Below, piece after piece: positions 51,913-64,000 of a DNA stretch of 64,000 nucleotides. The position numbers and the translations under genes are program-made. The notes under the pieces are model-generated. The model was given only the letters and a program-made list of their open reading frames with translations. It was not told the origin of the DNA and did no database searches. Each line of letters begins with the position of its first letter. Within the stretch, counting starts at the first letter, position 1. Origin of the DNA: Candidatus Marinacidobacterales bacterium (GTDB lineage: Bacteria > Acidobacteriota > Vicinamibacteria > Marinacidobacterales > SMYC01); NCBI GenBank assembly GCA_965237955.1, contig OZ250169.1:5536001-5600000 (forward strand). Reading direction: 5' to 3'.

Positions 51913-52310
51913 TCAAGTCTTCAACGCAAATGTTAGCCTTTGGGCGTCCCCAAAGGTGCGTCCTCCGAGAGCATTGAGCTCGGCGAGCATCAGCGCTAGT
52001 CCCCTGGAACAGAGGTTCGTAGCCTAAAGCTCGACGCCATTTTGTGGGTTGGCGAGGCGTGACGACGAAGTCATATTGGAATATTTCGAGGAGGAACAAC
52101 GAAGCCAGCGCGCAAAAAGGGCCCGAGATTTAGGCTACGAACCTCTGTTCCAGGGGACTAGGGCATGACGGACTTTCGGCTGGTCCGGCGGCCTGAGCTC
52201 AACGACAATCTCGTCGGTCGATTTGTTCGTTATTGTGCCTGGAAGTTGGAGAATCGAACGAAAAATGGTTAACCAATCCCTGGGATCTTCGTAGTGCTGG
52301 AAGAAGCGGC
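51913..52310 (-). pseudogene. C-terminal remnant of a probable transposase, interrupted by a MITE
   Basis: Excising the MITE gives in-frame FRSILQLPG...PPDQPKVRHAL-ALMLAELNALGGRTFGDAQRLTFALKT*; the family assignment is tentative. Confidence 0.5.
51996..52161. mobile_element. MITE (~160 bp) with perfect terminal inverted repeats, CTAG target (IS630-like)
   Basis: CTAGTCCCCTGGAACAGAGGTTCGTAGCCTAAA and its exact reverse complement (33 bp including CTAG); excision restores the host reading frame. Confidence 0.9.
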
Positions 52311-52621
52311 GCGGGCGCCTCGGCATTATAGGTGGCGATCTTAATGGCAATGACAAGGTTTCGTCGCTTCGTTCGCATCGTGACCGCATGGAGCCGGGAC
52401 GAACGTTACTACGAAAAGCATTGAGGCTAATCAAAGCGCATCGCGCGTGGGCTGAACTAGCTTGCGGCCACCCGACGTAGTAAAATGTCCGGCCCCGCGG
52501 CCGAAACCGCTCACGACAGGTTTACTAGCGACCATCCATGAAACAAATAAGCATTCAAATCCGCTCAGCTTGGGGCACACTGCGTTGGTCGTTGCCTCGC
52601 TCGAGCGGCGGGAGGTAAATC

Positions 52622-53872
52622 ATGCTTGATACCGCCACACGTCTCATGCGTCAGACGACTCAGGGACTCAGTCGCCGGGATTTCTTTGGCGCTGGTGTCC
52701 TAGCCGGCCTCGCCTCGCTCCTCCATCCCCGAGCCGCGCGGGCCAATGCCTGGAAGGTGTCCACCTACTCCGACAACGTCTACACGCGACTGCTCGGCGT
52801 CAAGCCGCATCTCCCGGGGCACGACCACGAGACTTCGCTGGGCGGCTCCCGAATGCCTGCCGAAGTGATCCGAGCGATGGCGGAGGCCAACGAATACTTC
52901 GTTGACATGCACGAGCTGACGAAGGCTGCCGGACGCCGCATCGCCGAGGTCACCGGCGCCGAGGCGGGTCTGATCACCTCGGGCGCGTTCTCAGCGCTGA
53001 TTCTCGGCGCAGCCGCCTGTTTGACAGGCGATGACCCGGACCGTATCGAGGCGCTACCTCACCCAACGTGGCCGCGCCGCGAGTGTCTCACCCAGACAGC
53101 CCACCGATTCGATTACGACCGCGCTTACCGCGCTGCCGGCATGACGATCGTGGACAAGGACACGAGAGAGGAAGTTGCTGCCGCAATTTCGGACAAGACG
53201 GCGATGCTCGCCTGTCTCGCGCGCATCGAGCGGCTCGAGGACCGCTCGGCCGACGTCATGCTGCCCGAGGAGTTCGTAGAGCTCGGCAAGAAACACAGCG
53301 TTCCGGTGCTGATCGACGCCGCGTCCGAGCTCCCTCCCGAGGGTAACCTGCAACGCTACGTCGACATGGGCACCGACTTGGTGATTATCAGCGGCGGCAA
53401 AGGTATTCGAGGACCGCAATCGACTGGAATTCTGGCCGGTCGCACGGACCTGATCGAGGCCGCGCGTCTCAACGCGGCCCCTCTTGAGAACATCGGGCGC
53501 GGGATGAAAGTCGGCAAAGAGGAGATGATCGGCTTCATCGTGGCCCTCAATCGCTACGTGGAGCTCGATCATGAGCTCGTGAAACAGCAGTGGAATCAAC
53601 GCTCGAGCGAACTCGCGGGCCATCTGCAAGGTGTCCCCGGCCTCACGGCGGAGCCGGTCTGGAGCACCAGGGGCTACTACGACGTCAAGCTCTCCTTGGA
53701 CGAGCACATCATCCCAATGACCATGGACGAGGTGCGGCAGAAGCTGAGAGTCGGGGACCCGCCGATCATTTTCCAGGGCGATATTTTCAAGACGCGTTGT
53801 CTCGAAGAGGGCGAGCTGCTCCTCGTGGCCAGACGCCTCCGACAGTTCTTCAGCACGGAGGCACGCTCCTAG
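52622..53872 (+). CDS. SelA/DgaE-like PLP-dependent enzyme with twin-arginine leader
   Basis: SRRDFF; TSLGGS, IDAASE, ISGGKGIRGPQSTG and GRGMKVGKEE. Confidence 0.85.
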   Translation: MLDTATRLMRQTTQGLSRRDFFGAGVLAGLASLLHPRAARANAWKVSTYSDNVYTRLLGVKPHLPGHDHETSLGGSRMPAEVIRAMAEANEYFVDMHELTKAAGRRIAEVTGAEAGLITSGAFSALILGAAACLTGDDPDRIEALPHPTWPRRECLTQTAHRFDYDRAYRAAGMTIVDKDTREEVAAAISDKTAMLACLARIERLEDRSADVMLPEEFVELGKKHSVPVLIDAASELPPEGNLQRYVDMGTDLVIISGGKGIRGPQSTGILAGRTDLIEAARLNAAPLENIGRGMKVGKEEMIGFIVALNRYVELDHELVKQQWNQRSSELAGHLQGVPGLTAEPVWSTRGYYDVKLSLDEHIIPMTMDEVRQKLRVGDPPIIFQGDIFKTRCLEEGELLLVARRLRQFFSTEARS

Positions 53873-53902
53873 CGGTCCGGGACGTATCGTCGGGTACTCT
53901 GT

Positions 53903-53990
53903 TCAGGCCGATGCGTTCAGCAATCGGTCGATGTCTTCGTCGTTGTTGTAGACCGGCGGGCCGATGCGGATTCCCTCGATGACGTGCGCT
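53903..53990 (-). pseudogene. C-terminal scrap of a class V aminotransferase
   Basis: GIRIGPPVYNNDEDIDRLLNA. Confidence 0.5.
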
Positions 53991-54424
53991 TCACCCGAAG
54001 GGCGGGTGAGCTCCCAGCGCTTCAGCGCAACGACGAAGTAGCCGAACGCCTACCGACCAGACGGATCATGGTGGACCATTTATCATGCCAGGTCAGATGG
54101 CTATAACGGCTTGGGCAGGCAAAGTTGTTGATGCCCGTGGAGTGGACTTCGGATGGATGGCCGGTGATCAAAAACCAGGTGAGATCATGGGACATCATCC
54201 CGAGCCAAAAGTTGACAATGTAGGTCACGGTATGCGTATATCGGATGACTTCTGGAGAACATTGGACGACGTTTCAGAATGGTGTCAGATCCGGCAATTA
54301 CACGATCCGAGTTTTTGCGGCTCGAACAGAGGACCGCTCTACCAGAAGAACAAAAAAGGCCTCTTCCAGCCATTTCAAATACATCGGACTGGAGTAGCTC
54401 GGTATTTACTCCAGGAGGGTATTC

Positions 54425-55756
54425 GTGAGCGCCGTCCGTTTTCTCCTCCCCTCGGCCCTGGGCCTCGCCTTTTTTGCGCTTCCGGTGCCGGTTCAAGGGC
54501 GCGTCACGGTTCCGTTCGATTTGGTGGTTCAGTGGCTCCTCAGGAAAATGCCTACCGAAGTGGCCGTCTACTGCCTGGCCCTCACCGTTGTCGGTGCCGC
54601 GGCAACGGTGGTTGTCCGCTGGCGCCCCACGATACCGAAGCTCCTCGAGGGCTTCCGGACGTCGACGCCCTTGGTCCTCCTTCGCCTCGCCGGCGTTGCG
54701 CTGGCCATCCTCTACTTCTTCCGCATCGGTCCCGAGGTGCTCCTTCAGGATGGTGTGGCCGGCCTCATTTGGAACAAACTGGCCCTTTCCGTCGCGGTCA
54801 TCGTCCCTCTCGGTGCGACCCTTCTCGTGCTGCTCGTCCGCTACGGCCTTCTCGAGTTCATCGGCACCCTCATGCGCCCCGTGATGCGACCGCTCTTCCG
54901 ACTACCTGGCCGGTCGGCTCTGGATAGTCTCACCTCCTGGGTCGGTAGCTACTCGGTAGGCCTCTATTTGACCCGGAAGCTCATGGAGGATGGTTACTAC
55001 AATCGCCGCGAGGCCTATACCATCGTGACTTGTTTCTCCACGGTGAGCATCGGTTTCGTCGCCTTGGTAGCCCAGACCCTGGCGATCCTCCACCTCTTCC
55101 CACTCATCTTCCTCACCTATTTCCTTGCCGTCTACCTGCTGACCGCCATTCTTGCACGGACCTGGCCCATCGCCGGAAAGTCCGAGGAATATGTCAGCCC
55201 CCCGCGACCCGAGCCAACCGCCCAAGAGGACGGAGGGGGGCTACTGAGGACGGCCTGGGAGGGTGCCATCCGTCAGGCGAACCAGGCGCCACGCTTTCGC
55301 GGCATGTTGCGCGAGGGGTTCACGGACGGGCTCGTGCTCGCTTCGACCATCCTGGGAAGCATCCTCGCCGTCGGCACGGCGGCACTCGTACTCGCCAAGG
55401 AGACACCGATCTTCAGCATCCTGGGGCAACCCCTCGTGCCCGTGCTGGATGCACTCGGCCTGCCCGATTCGGAGATCCTCGCTCCCGCCACCCTCGTCGG
55501 GGTGGCGGAAATGTACATCCCCGCCCTACTGACTCAAGAGGCCGCCCTGCCGGCTCGTTTCTTTATTGCCGTGCTCTCCATCTCTCAGCTCATCTTCTTC
55601 TCCGCGGTGGCACCCATGATGATCGACATGTTCCGCGCTGTCCCCGTACGCGCCCGCGAGCTCCTCGCCCTGTTCCTCATGCGAACCGCCGTGCTCATTC
55701 CCCTCCTCGCGGTCGTCACCGCTCTCCTCGGATGGGCAGGGCTTCTCGAGGAGTAG
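54425..55756 (+). CDS. YjiH-family membrane transporter (nucleoside-recognition gate)
   Basis: YGLLEFIGTLMRPVMRPLFRLPGRSALD, FSTVS and EMYIPA. Confidence 0.88.
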   Translation: MSAVRFLLPSALGLAFFALPVPVQGRVTVPFDLVVQWLLRKMPTEVAVYCLALTVVGAAATVVVRWRPTIPKLLEGFRTSTPLVLLRLAGVALAILYFFRIGPEVLLQDGVAGLIWNKLALSVAVIVPLGATLLVLLVRYGLLEFIGTLMRPVMRPLFRLPGRSALDSLTSWVGSYSVGLYLTRKLMEDGYYNRREAYTIVTCFSTVSIGFVALVAQTLAILHLFPLIFLTYFLAVYLLTAILARTWPIAGKSEEYVSPPRPEPTAQEDGGGLLRTAWEGAIRQANQAPRFRGMLREGFTDGLVLASTILGSILAVGTAALVLAKETPIFSILGQPLVPVLDALGLPDSEILAPATLVGVAEMYIPALLTQEAALPARFFIAVLSISQLIFFSAVAPMMIDMFRAVPVRARELLALFLMRTAVLIPLLAVVTALLGWAGLLEE

Positions 55757-55837
55757 ACACCAGAAAAGGACGCCGCCGCCGCTTGTGCTTCGTCGTGCGA
55801 AGAACGTCGTGTTTGCAGAGGGGGAGGTCTAGAAAAG

Positions 55838-57226
55838 ATGCACGTCAAAACATCGACACTCGCCGCCGCGTTGCTCCTTGTGCCGCTGAGCTTCGCGCAA
55901 GAGAATGGCCCGAATTCGCGTGGGCAAGACACCGATCGTCCCAACATTGTTGTCATCCTCGTAGACGACCTGCGGTGGGATTCCCTGGGTGTAGCGGGCC
56001 ATCCATTCATCGAGAGCCCTAACATCGACCGGCTTGCCCGTGAGGGCGCTCTGTTTCGAAACGCGTTTGTCACCACGCCTTTGTGCTCCCCCGCACGAGC
56101 GAGTTTTCTGACAGGACGCTACGCGCGGGCGCATCGCGTCCACACGAACGAAGACCACAGCGCCCTTAGCCACCTGCTCATCACGTTCCCTCGACTACTC
56201 GAACATGCTGGATATGACACAGCCTTCGTTGGGAAATGGCACATGGGAGACGACGACGCGCCTAGACCCGGATTCACGCATTGGGTGGGATTTCGAGGGC
56301 AAGGCGCGTACTGGAACCAAGAGATGAACATCAACGGGCGGCGAGTACCGACGGATGGGTACGTCACGGATACGCTCAATGATTACGCAGAGGACTTCGT
56401 GCGCACGGCGGCCCGCGGCAATCGGCCATTCCTGCTCTATCTGTCCCACAAGGCGATGCACGACCCCGTCTTACCACCGACCCGGCACGAAGGGCTCTAC
56501 AACGGAGCGCGAGTTCCGTGCTCACCCGGATGCAAAGATACGCTGGAGGGAAAGCGGGCCCTGACCCGGTCCGTGCCCGGCACCAGGCCGCCGGCACGGG
56601 GAAGCGGACCCGCCGACGAGAATACGCGCGGCCGATTGTCACTTCTCTCGGCGGTCGACGAAGGCGTTGCTCAGTTACTCGAAACGCTTGCGGAGGAAGG
56701 CGTACTCGACCAGACAGCGGTCGTATTCATGAGCGACAACGGGTACTTTTTCCGGGAGCACGGCCTTGGCGACAAGCGTTGGGCCTACGAAGAGGCGATC
56801 CGTATACCTTTGCTCCTGCGTTATCCGCCCCTCGCCCGTCCTGGGATCCTCCTCGACGAGCTCGTTTTGAATGTCGACCTGGCGCCGACGTTGCTCGACC
56901 TCGCTGGCGTTTCCAACCGGGCCGGATTCCACGGCGAGTCGTTTCTGCCTCTCCTCTCAGAGGGAGCAACGGGCTGGCGCGACGCCTTCGTCGCCGAGTA
57001 TTTCGACGAGGATCCGTTCCCCCGAATTCCGACATGGGAAGCGATCCGGACCGAACGCTGGAAGTACATGCGCTATCCCGATCTGGGAGGCGAATTCGAC
57101 GAGCTTTACGACCTGCGAACCGATCCGTACGAATTGAATAATCTCGCGATGGAGTCGCGGGTGTCCGACACGCGTGATTCGCTCATCAGAAGACTCGAGC
57201 AGAGCTTCGAGTCCTTGGAGCCGTGA
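55838..57226 (+). CDS. Sulfatase (Cys-type, formylglycine-dependent)
   Basis: PNIVVILVDD, CSPARAS (CxPxR), GKWH, SDNG and ELYDL.TDP.E..NL. Confidence 0.93.
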   Translation: MHVKTSTLAAALLLVPLSFAQENGPNSRGQDTDRPNIVVILVDDLRWDSLGVAGHPFIESPNIDRLAREGALFRNAFVTTPLCSPARASFLTGRYARAHRVHTNEDHSALSHLLITFPRLLEHAGYDTAFVGKWHMGDDDAPRPGFTHWVGFRGQGAYWNQEMNINGRRVPTDGYVTDTLNDYAEDFVRTAARGNRPFLLYLSHKAMHDPVLPPTRHEGLYNGARVPCSPGCKDTLEGKRALTRSVPGTRPPARGSGPADENTRGRLSLLSAVDEGVAQLLETLAEEGVLDQTAVVFMSDNGYFFREHGLGDKRWAYEEAIRIPLLLRYPPLARPGILLDELVLNVDLAPTLLDLAGVSNRAGFHGESFLPLLSEGATGWRDAFVAEYFDEDPFPRIPTWEAIRTERWKYMRYPDLGGEFDELYDLRTDPYELNNLAMESRVSDTRDSLIRRLEQSFESLEP

Positions 57227-57479
57227 GCTCGCAAATCCTGGGCTGCCAACTCCATGAATAGGACCGAACGAAGACGAGAATCTGCAGATTCCCGCCCACC
57301 TCGGCGCCATTGTCATCTACGTTTGAGCGCGATACGTTCACGATGGCCTCGCTCCCCCCACCGGGAAGCGAGTACCTCACCTCGAACCCGATAGGAACGG
57401 AGCTCGAGGCTTCGAGGCGGATCGTCTCCGAGTCGACCCCGCCCTCGGCTTGCCTGTGGCTCATCATTATTAATCCGGA

Positions 57480-57712
57480 CATGTAACGCGACACCGTCAT
57501 CTCCGAGACAATGAATCCGAGCTTCGTGAGCTCCGCGTGAACACGGGGTGCACCCCAACCGTCTTGTGCCATTATCTGGATGAGCCGACGAAGCTCGGCG
57601 TCGATAGGCACAGGTGTTGGCAACACAGCAAGCACGAACATCCATAAGTTCATGGGCGCGATTCTGCTCCATGCGCTTTCGCCTGGCAAGCGCGAACGTA
57701 TAGGATGCACAG
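57480..57712 (-). mobile_element. Deleted rve-integrase IS scrap
   Basis: IDAELRRLI..MA..WGAPRVHAELTKLGF.VSE.TVSRYM next to a terminus-like CTGTGCATCCTATA. Confidence 0.6.
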
Positions 57713-57730
57713 ATTGTCAGGAGGCTCCCA

Positions 57731-59091
<1,361 letters not shown>

Positions 59092-59095
<4 letters not shown>

Positions 59096-60360
59096 AGGCC
59101 CTTTGCTTGTTGCTGTTGGCGGCTTCCGCCGCGTCTGCTCAAACCATTGCCATCGTCGGAGGTACGGTCCATACCGTCGACGGCGAGGTCATCGAGAACG
59201 GCATCGTTCTCATCGAGGACGGGCGCATCCAAAACGTCGGCCGTTCCCTCTCGATCCCGTCGAACGCCAGGCGGCTCGATGCCGATGGAAAAATCGTGAC
59301 GCCGGGGCTCATCGACATCGGGACTTCTGTCGGCCTCATCGAGGTCCTAAGCCTTGCCGACACCCGCGACGCGAGCCTCGACAACGCAGACCCTTTCCGG
59401 CCCTCCTTTCGGGTGACCGACGGACTCAACCCGTACTCCATCGTCATTCCTGTCACGCGGCTCGGTGGCGTCACGACCGTGGCGAGCCTGCCCTCGGGAG
59501 GCATCCTCGCGGGGCAAGCGGTCGTCATCGACCTCACAGGACGGCGCGCCGCCGACATGATCGTGCGCGAACCGGCGGCGCTGGTCGGCGCGTTCAATCC
59601 CGCGGCCGCGGAAACGGTGGGAGGGGCCCGAGGTGCTCTTGCGCTTCGCCTGCGTGAAGCTCTCGACGACGCCCGTTTCTATGGCGAGAACGAGGATGCG
59701 TTCGGCTCGGCCGCGCTCCGCGAGCTTTCGATCTCAAGGCTCGACCTCGAGGCGCTGAAAAACGCTATGAGCACCGCGCTGCCCTTCGTCGTCCGCGCCT
59801 CTAGCACCGCGGATATCGATGCAGCGATGGCTCTCGCCGGCGAGTATGACCTCGATCTCGTCGTTCTCGGTGGCGAAGAGGCGTGGCGACGAAGCGGCGA
59901 TCTCGCCGCGTCGGAAACGCCGGTGATCGTCAAAGCCTACGCGAACGTTCCGGTGCAGTTCGATCGTCTCGGAGCGCGTTTCGACAACGCCGCCCTCCTC
60001 GCAAAGGCAGGTGTACGCGTCGTGCTCTCCACGCTCGAAACGCACAATGCAAGAAATCTCCGTTTCGAGGCAGGGCAGGCCGTCCGCCACGGGATGAAGT
60101 GGGAGGAGGCGCTTCGCGCTGTGACGTTGACCCCTGCGGAAGTCATGGGCATCGCGGACACGCACGGGTCACTCGAGACGGGCAAGACGGCGAACGTCGT
60201 CGTGTGGTCAGGCGATCCCTTCGAGCCCGCCTCCGCGGCGGAGCACGTCTTCATCCGGGGCCGCGAGATCGAGCACGACTCCCGACAGATTCGACTGCTC
60301 GAGCGCTACAAGAACCTCGACGGCCGACCCGTGCAATACCTGGGAAACCCAACACCCTGA
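59092..60360 (+). CDS. Amidohydrolase-fold partner lacking the HxH motif
   Basis: PGLIDIGTS, GGVTT and GSLETGKTANVVVWSGDP; ATGA overlap with the upstream gene. Confidence 0.88.
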
Positions 60361-60411
60361 GAAAACCGGTCTTCAATCCCCAAGCCAAGTCCTAAACGCC
60401 TTGGAGTCCCA

Positions 60412-61035
60412 TCAGCCGCGCACTTCGAAGATGGCTTCGACCTCGACGGGTTGGTTTCCCGGCAGCGATGCCATGCCGACGGCGCTGCGGCCGCCCTTGC
60501 CCCTGTCTTCGCCGAAAACCTCGACCAGCAGCTCGCTGAAGCCGTTGACCACCTGAGGTTGCTGGCCGAAGCCGGGTGTGCAGTTGACCATGCCGAGCAC
60601 TTTCACCAGCCTTACCACCTCATCAAGGCTACCCAAGGTGTAGCGTACCGAGCTCAGCAAGTTCAGGCCGGCGATGCGCGCGGCAGCGTGGCCATCCTCC
60701 ACCGTCATGTCGGCGCCAACCTTCCCCACGAGCGGCGATCCGTCGAGTCCACGCGGGGTGTGGCCGGACGTGAACAATATGTTGCCGGCGCGTACCGCCG
60801 GGACGTAGACGCCCACCGGTAGCGGCGGCGGCGGCAATTCGATGCCGAGCTCGCGCACTCGTTGCTCGGGGCTCGTGCTTTGCGACGTCCCGAGCCCAGC
60901 CGCCTCTGAAGCCTGGCCGACTGCAGTCCGTCCCGATGCCATCGCGAGAAATGCCCCACCGGCGGCGCCGGCCGTCGCCAGACACTTGCTGCGGAGGAAA
61001 CTTCGACGGGTTTCTTCTATCGACATTGCGTACAT
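60412..61035 (-). CDS. RidA/YjgF-family protein with twin-arginine leader
   Basis: TRRSFL; YVPAVRAGNILFTSG and RSAVGMASLP...VEVE. Confidence 0.88.
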   Translation of the reverse strand: MYAMSIEETRRSFLRSKCLATAGAAGGAFLAMASGRTAVGQASEAAGLGTSQSTSPEQRVRELGIELPPPPLPVGVYVPAVRAGNILFTSGHTPRGLDGSPLVGKVGADMTVEDGHAAARIAGLNLLSSVRYTLGSLDEVVRLVKVLGMVNCTPGFGQQPQVVNGFSELLVEVFGEDRGKGGRSAVGMASLPGNQPVEVEAIFEVRG

Positions 61036-61409
61036 GCCTCCTTTTTCTTTTTTGGAACAGTTTATGCCGTGTCAACGCTCAGCGCCTCGGCGCCTCGGCG
61101 CCTCATCAGGGGCGCTTCGGCGGATTGAGAGTCCGCCGGACACGGTGTCGCGACGGCGAGGAGAGACGGCGCGAACATGAAGCCCATGAGACGACGCATG
61201 ATACCATTCGCTCCGAGTTGAAAAGCAACGACCCGCGCGAACCCCAGAACCGAGCCGCGATTTTAACTTTAACGGCTGAGAGCGGAAACAACCAAGAGCA
61301 CCCGCTCATCAATTCTCTCCGGGGAGTGCAACTCGATGGCCGCCAATAGAGCTGACTTTCCTCGCCACTCGAGTCCACATGATCCAGAGCGGGTTGTCCA
61401 CAGGAGAAA

Positions 61410-62423
61410 GTGATGAAAATTTTGATAATAAACCAGAAAGAAGTCACTGAACTTGTTTCTGTAACAGAACTGATGCCGGTGATGGAGGACGCTCTCAAAA
61501 CTCTGGCGCGCGGTGATGCGATCATGCCCCAGCGTCCGAGCATCTGGCTGCCGGACAAGTCAGGCCAGCTGGTAATGATGCCAACCTACCTGCCTAACAT
61601 AAAGGCCCTGGGACTTAAGGTAATCACGTATTTTCCCGGAAACATGAACAGTCCTTACGATACCCACCAGGGCGGAGTGATGCTGTTTGACTCGACTAAC
61701 GGTAACCTGCTGGCCATGATCGACGCCACGGAAATAACTGCGAGCCGGACTGCTGCTGCCACCGGCGTTGCCAGTAAAGCACTGGCCCGGAACGATTCCT
61801 CAAAGCTGGCCCTTATCGGTTCCGGCACCCAGGCCCGCACCCACCTGGAAGCCATGCTGCATGCTCACGACATCAAAGAGATCAAAGCCTGGGCACTGCC
61901 CCTGGAACATGCTCAGGGATTTGCCAGACGCGAATCTGAACGTCACAACATTGAAATCCAGGTTGCCCAAACCGGTGAAGAAGCGGTGACAGGAGCTGAC
62001 ATCATCTGTACCTGCACTTCAGCAAAACAGCCGGTTTTGTTCGGCAAGTGGCTCAAACCGGGGATGCATATTAATGCCATCGGCTCAACCATTCCGCACA
62101 CCAGAGAACTGGACACGGAAGCGCTGGTGAAATGCAAAATGTTCGTCGATAGAAAAGAAGCCGCGCTCAACGAAGCCGGGGATTTCCTGTTCCCGCAAAA
62201 AGAGGGGGCAGTGACTGAAGATCACATTAAAGGTGAAATCGGCGATGTCTTTCTCGGTAAAAATCCAGGCCGTGAATCAGCTGATGAGATTACACTGTTC
62301 AAGTCCTTAGGCCTGGCAGTTGAAGATGTAGCCGCAGCATTTCACATCTACAACAAGGCAAAGGAAAAGGATATGGGCACCTGGACAGAATTCGGAGGTG
62401 ACCGCTTGCGCCTCTCCGAGTAG
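61410..62423 (+). CDS. Ornithine cyclodeaminase/mu-crystallin family protein
   Basis: MMP, ITASRTAA, IGSGTQA, HINAIG and FKSLGLAVED; lower GC than its neighbours. Confidence 0.92.
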   Translation: MMKILIINQKEVTELVSVTELMPVMEDALKTLARGDAIMPQRPSIWLPDKSGQLVMMPTYLPNIKALGLKVITYFPGNMNSPYDTHQGGVMLFDSTNGNLLAMIDATEITASRTAAATGVASKALARNDSSKLALIGSGTQARTHLEAMLHAHDIKEIKAWALPLEHAQGFARRESERHNIEIQVAQTGEEAVTGADIICTCTSAKQPVLFGKWLKPGMHINAIGSTIPHTRELDTEALVKCKMFVDRKEAALNEAGDFLFPQKEGAVTEDHIKGEIGDVFLGKNPGRESADEITLFKSLGLAVEDVAAAFHIYNKAKEKDMGTWTEFGGDRLRLSE

Positions 62424-62794
62424 AAGCGCGTTCAACGCCTCGAGTCCTTGCGCGTGCAACCAACTCGTCAGCTTCGTCGTCGTCGTAGCGATTCCTGCCA
62501 CCATCGGCAACAGCATCTGGCATAGATGCCCAACTACACCGGGCTCCGAGCTTCCTTGTGCTTGATGTTGAGGCCGGCCAAGGAGCCGCTGCTACTTCAT
62601 TTTCAACGAACGGCATCTCGATCGGCGACCCCGCATCGTCCCAGCAAACAGCCATCGCCAAGATTGAGCTCAGGGCCGCATCCCACAATCGCAACAACAG
62701 CGGTGCAGTTGCCCATTAATGATCGCACTCAGTGTTCTCTTTGGAGCCCGCAATCATAGTCCCGAAGGAAGCACCTTCGGACTATTGTCTACCA

Positions 62795-64000
62795 CTAGTT
62801 CTCGGGATTCGCGGATTTCTTTTTGCCTCTCCTATCTTCATAAGCCGGGCGGCTCGGCCGTACGGGTGGTTTTTCCGCGAGAAGTTTCACCGTCTCGTCA
62901 ATGGCACGCTCGAGCTGGGGATCCGTACCCCTGGCCAGGAGGCCTGGGTCCTCCTTGACCTCGATATCGGGATCGACTCCGTGGCCTTCCTTGAACCATT
63001 CCCCCTCTGGATCGTACATCCGGAATGCGGGCACGCTGACGACGCCGCCGTCGATGAGTGCCGGCACTCCGGTCGTACCGATCAAGCCTCCATGCGTGCG
63101 GGAACCGATGAGAGGTCCTAATCCGGCTCTCCGGAAGAAGTCGGGGAATGCATCGCCTCCAGACCCACTCCAGCCGTTGATGAGCATGACCTTGGGGCCG
63201 AAGTGACCGACCCGTGGCGACTGCCAGTCCCTGCCATCTCGTACCGCCCAAAAGGCGAGGGCTGGCCGGTTCAACAGCTCGATGAACCGATCCGGGAGCT
63301 GACCACCGCTGTTGAACCGCTCGTCGATGATCAAACCCTCTTTGTGGAACTGAGTCACAAACTGACGCACCAGCTCGGCTTGCCCATCACGCCCCGTACT
63401 CCGGACATAGATGTAGCCCACACGTCCGTTGGTCTTCTCCTCAACGCGCTTCCGGTTGGACTCGATCCAAGCAAGATGTCGCAAGCGAGTCTCGTCCGGG
63501 AGCGCGCGTAGGATCACCTTCCGCGCACCTTCCGGGGTAGGACGGTCGTTGACGGTGAGCTCGATGGTCTTGTCTGCCAGACCCTGAAAAGCAGCCCAGG
63601 GATCTTCCGATATATCCAGAGGGATGCCATTGACAGCGAGGATGTAGTCGCCTTCCTTGACGTTCACGCCCGGCAGTACCAAGGGTGACCGAACCTCGCT
63701 ATCCCAATCGGCACCGTTGATGATTTCCTGAATCCGGTAAAAGCCTTCGTGAACTTCCCAGTCGACGCCCAGATAGCCGACACCCATCGTCGACGGTGCT
63801 TCGAGATCGCCGCCGCTACGGTACGTGTGTGAAGAGTTCAACTCGGCGATGAGCTCACCAATGACGTAGTTGAGGTCCCACCGGGTCACGACGTCGCGCA
63901 GGAGAGTAGCGTAGCGCTCTCGCATGGTCTCCCAGTCGACCCCGTGCATGCCTTCATCGTAGAAGAAGTCGCGATACAGACGCCAAGCTTCATTGAAGAT
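62795..64000 (-). CDS. Tricorn-like S41 protease, C-terminal part (runs off window)
   Basis: FYDEGMHGVDW, ELNSSH, PDZ segment, IIDERFNSGG, SGSGGD and EGHGVDPD. Confidence 0.92.
   Translation of the reverse strand: MFNEAWRLYRDFFYDEGMHGVDWETMRERYATLLRDVVTRWDLNYVIGELIAELNSSHTYRSGGDLEAPSTMGVGYLGVDWEVHEGFYRIQEIINGADWDSEVRSPLVLPGVNVKEGDYILAVNGIPLDISEDPWAAFQGLADKTIELTVNDRPTPEGARKVILRALPDETRLRHLAWIESNRKRVEEKTNGRVGYIYVRSTGRDGQAELVRQFVTQFHKEGLIIDERFNSGGQLPDRFIELLNRPALAFWAVRDGRDWQSPRVGHFGPKVMLINGWSGSGGDAFPDFFRRAGLGPLIGSRTHGGLIGTTGVPALIDGGVVSVPAFRMYDPEGEWFKEGHGVDPDIEVKEDPGLLARGTDPQLERAIDETVKLLAEKPPVRPSRPAYEDRRGKKKSANPEN

Noticed and set aside
57254-57263. ATGAATAGGA matches the start of the 628-bp repeat
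   Set aside because: Only 10 bp, similarity does not extend, and chance is a sufficient explanation.

Overview
GC-rich bacterial DNA whose gene content resembles Acidobacteriota/Vicinamibacteria (Ser/Thr kinases, PD40 hydrolases, paired amidohydrolases, tricorn protease); the taxonomy is inferred. The window is an IS-rich, decaying accessory region. Three IS elements have inverted repeats and target-site duplications that can be read directly: IS256 (2506-3952), IS1182 (8663-10652, which splits a ~1700-aa C25/gingipain-like surface protein) and ISL3 (20352-22070). There is also an IS481, deleted IS1 and ISL3 derivatives, IS110 and rve-integrase scraps, two CTAG-flanked MITEs and a DUF222-like HNH nuclease gene. 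Intact cargo includes a PfkB/GntR-LacI/sugar ABC/AroE-like locus, ggt, an S10 peptidase, a sulfatase, YjiH, SelA-like and RidA proteins with twin-arginine leaders, and an ornithine cyclodeaminase-family enzyme. Many intergenic spaces are mosaics of short fragments of unrelated genes. Several frameshifts sit in homopolymers and may be sequencing errors. Most notable: (1) a strand-specific hairpin module with DnaA-box stems, a GCGAAGC loop and an AT-rich spacer, conserved in both ISL3 leaders; (2) a 628-bp twice-present unit that begins at the same IS91/ISCR oriIS-like end and truncates a different gene each time. No rRNA, tRNA or CRISPR array was seen.
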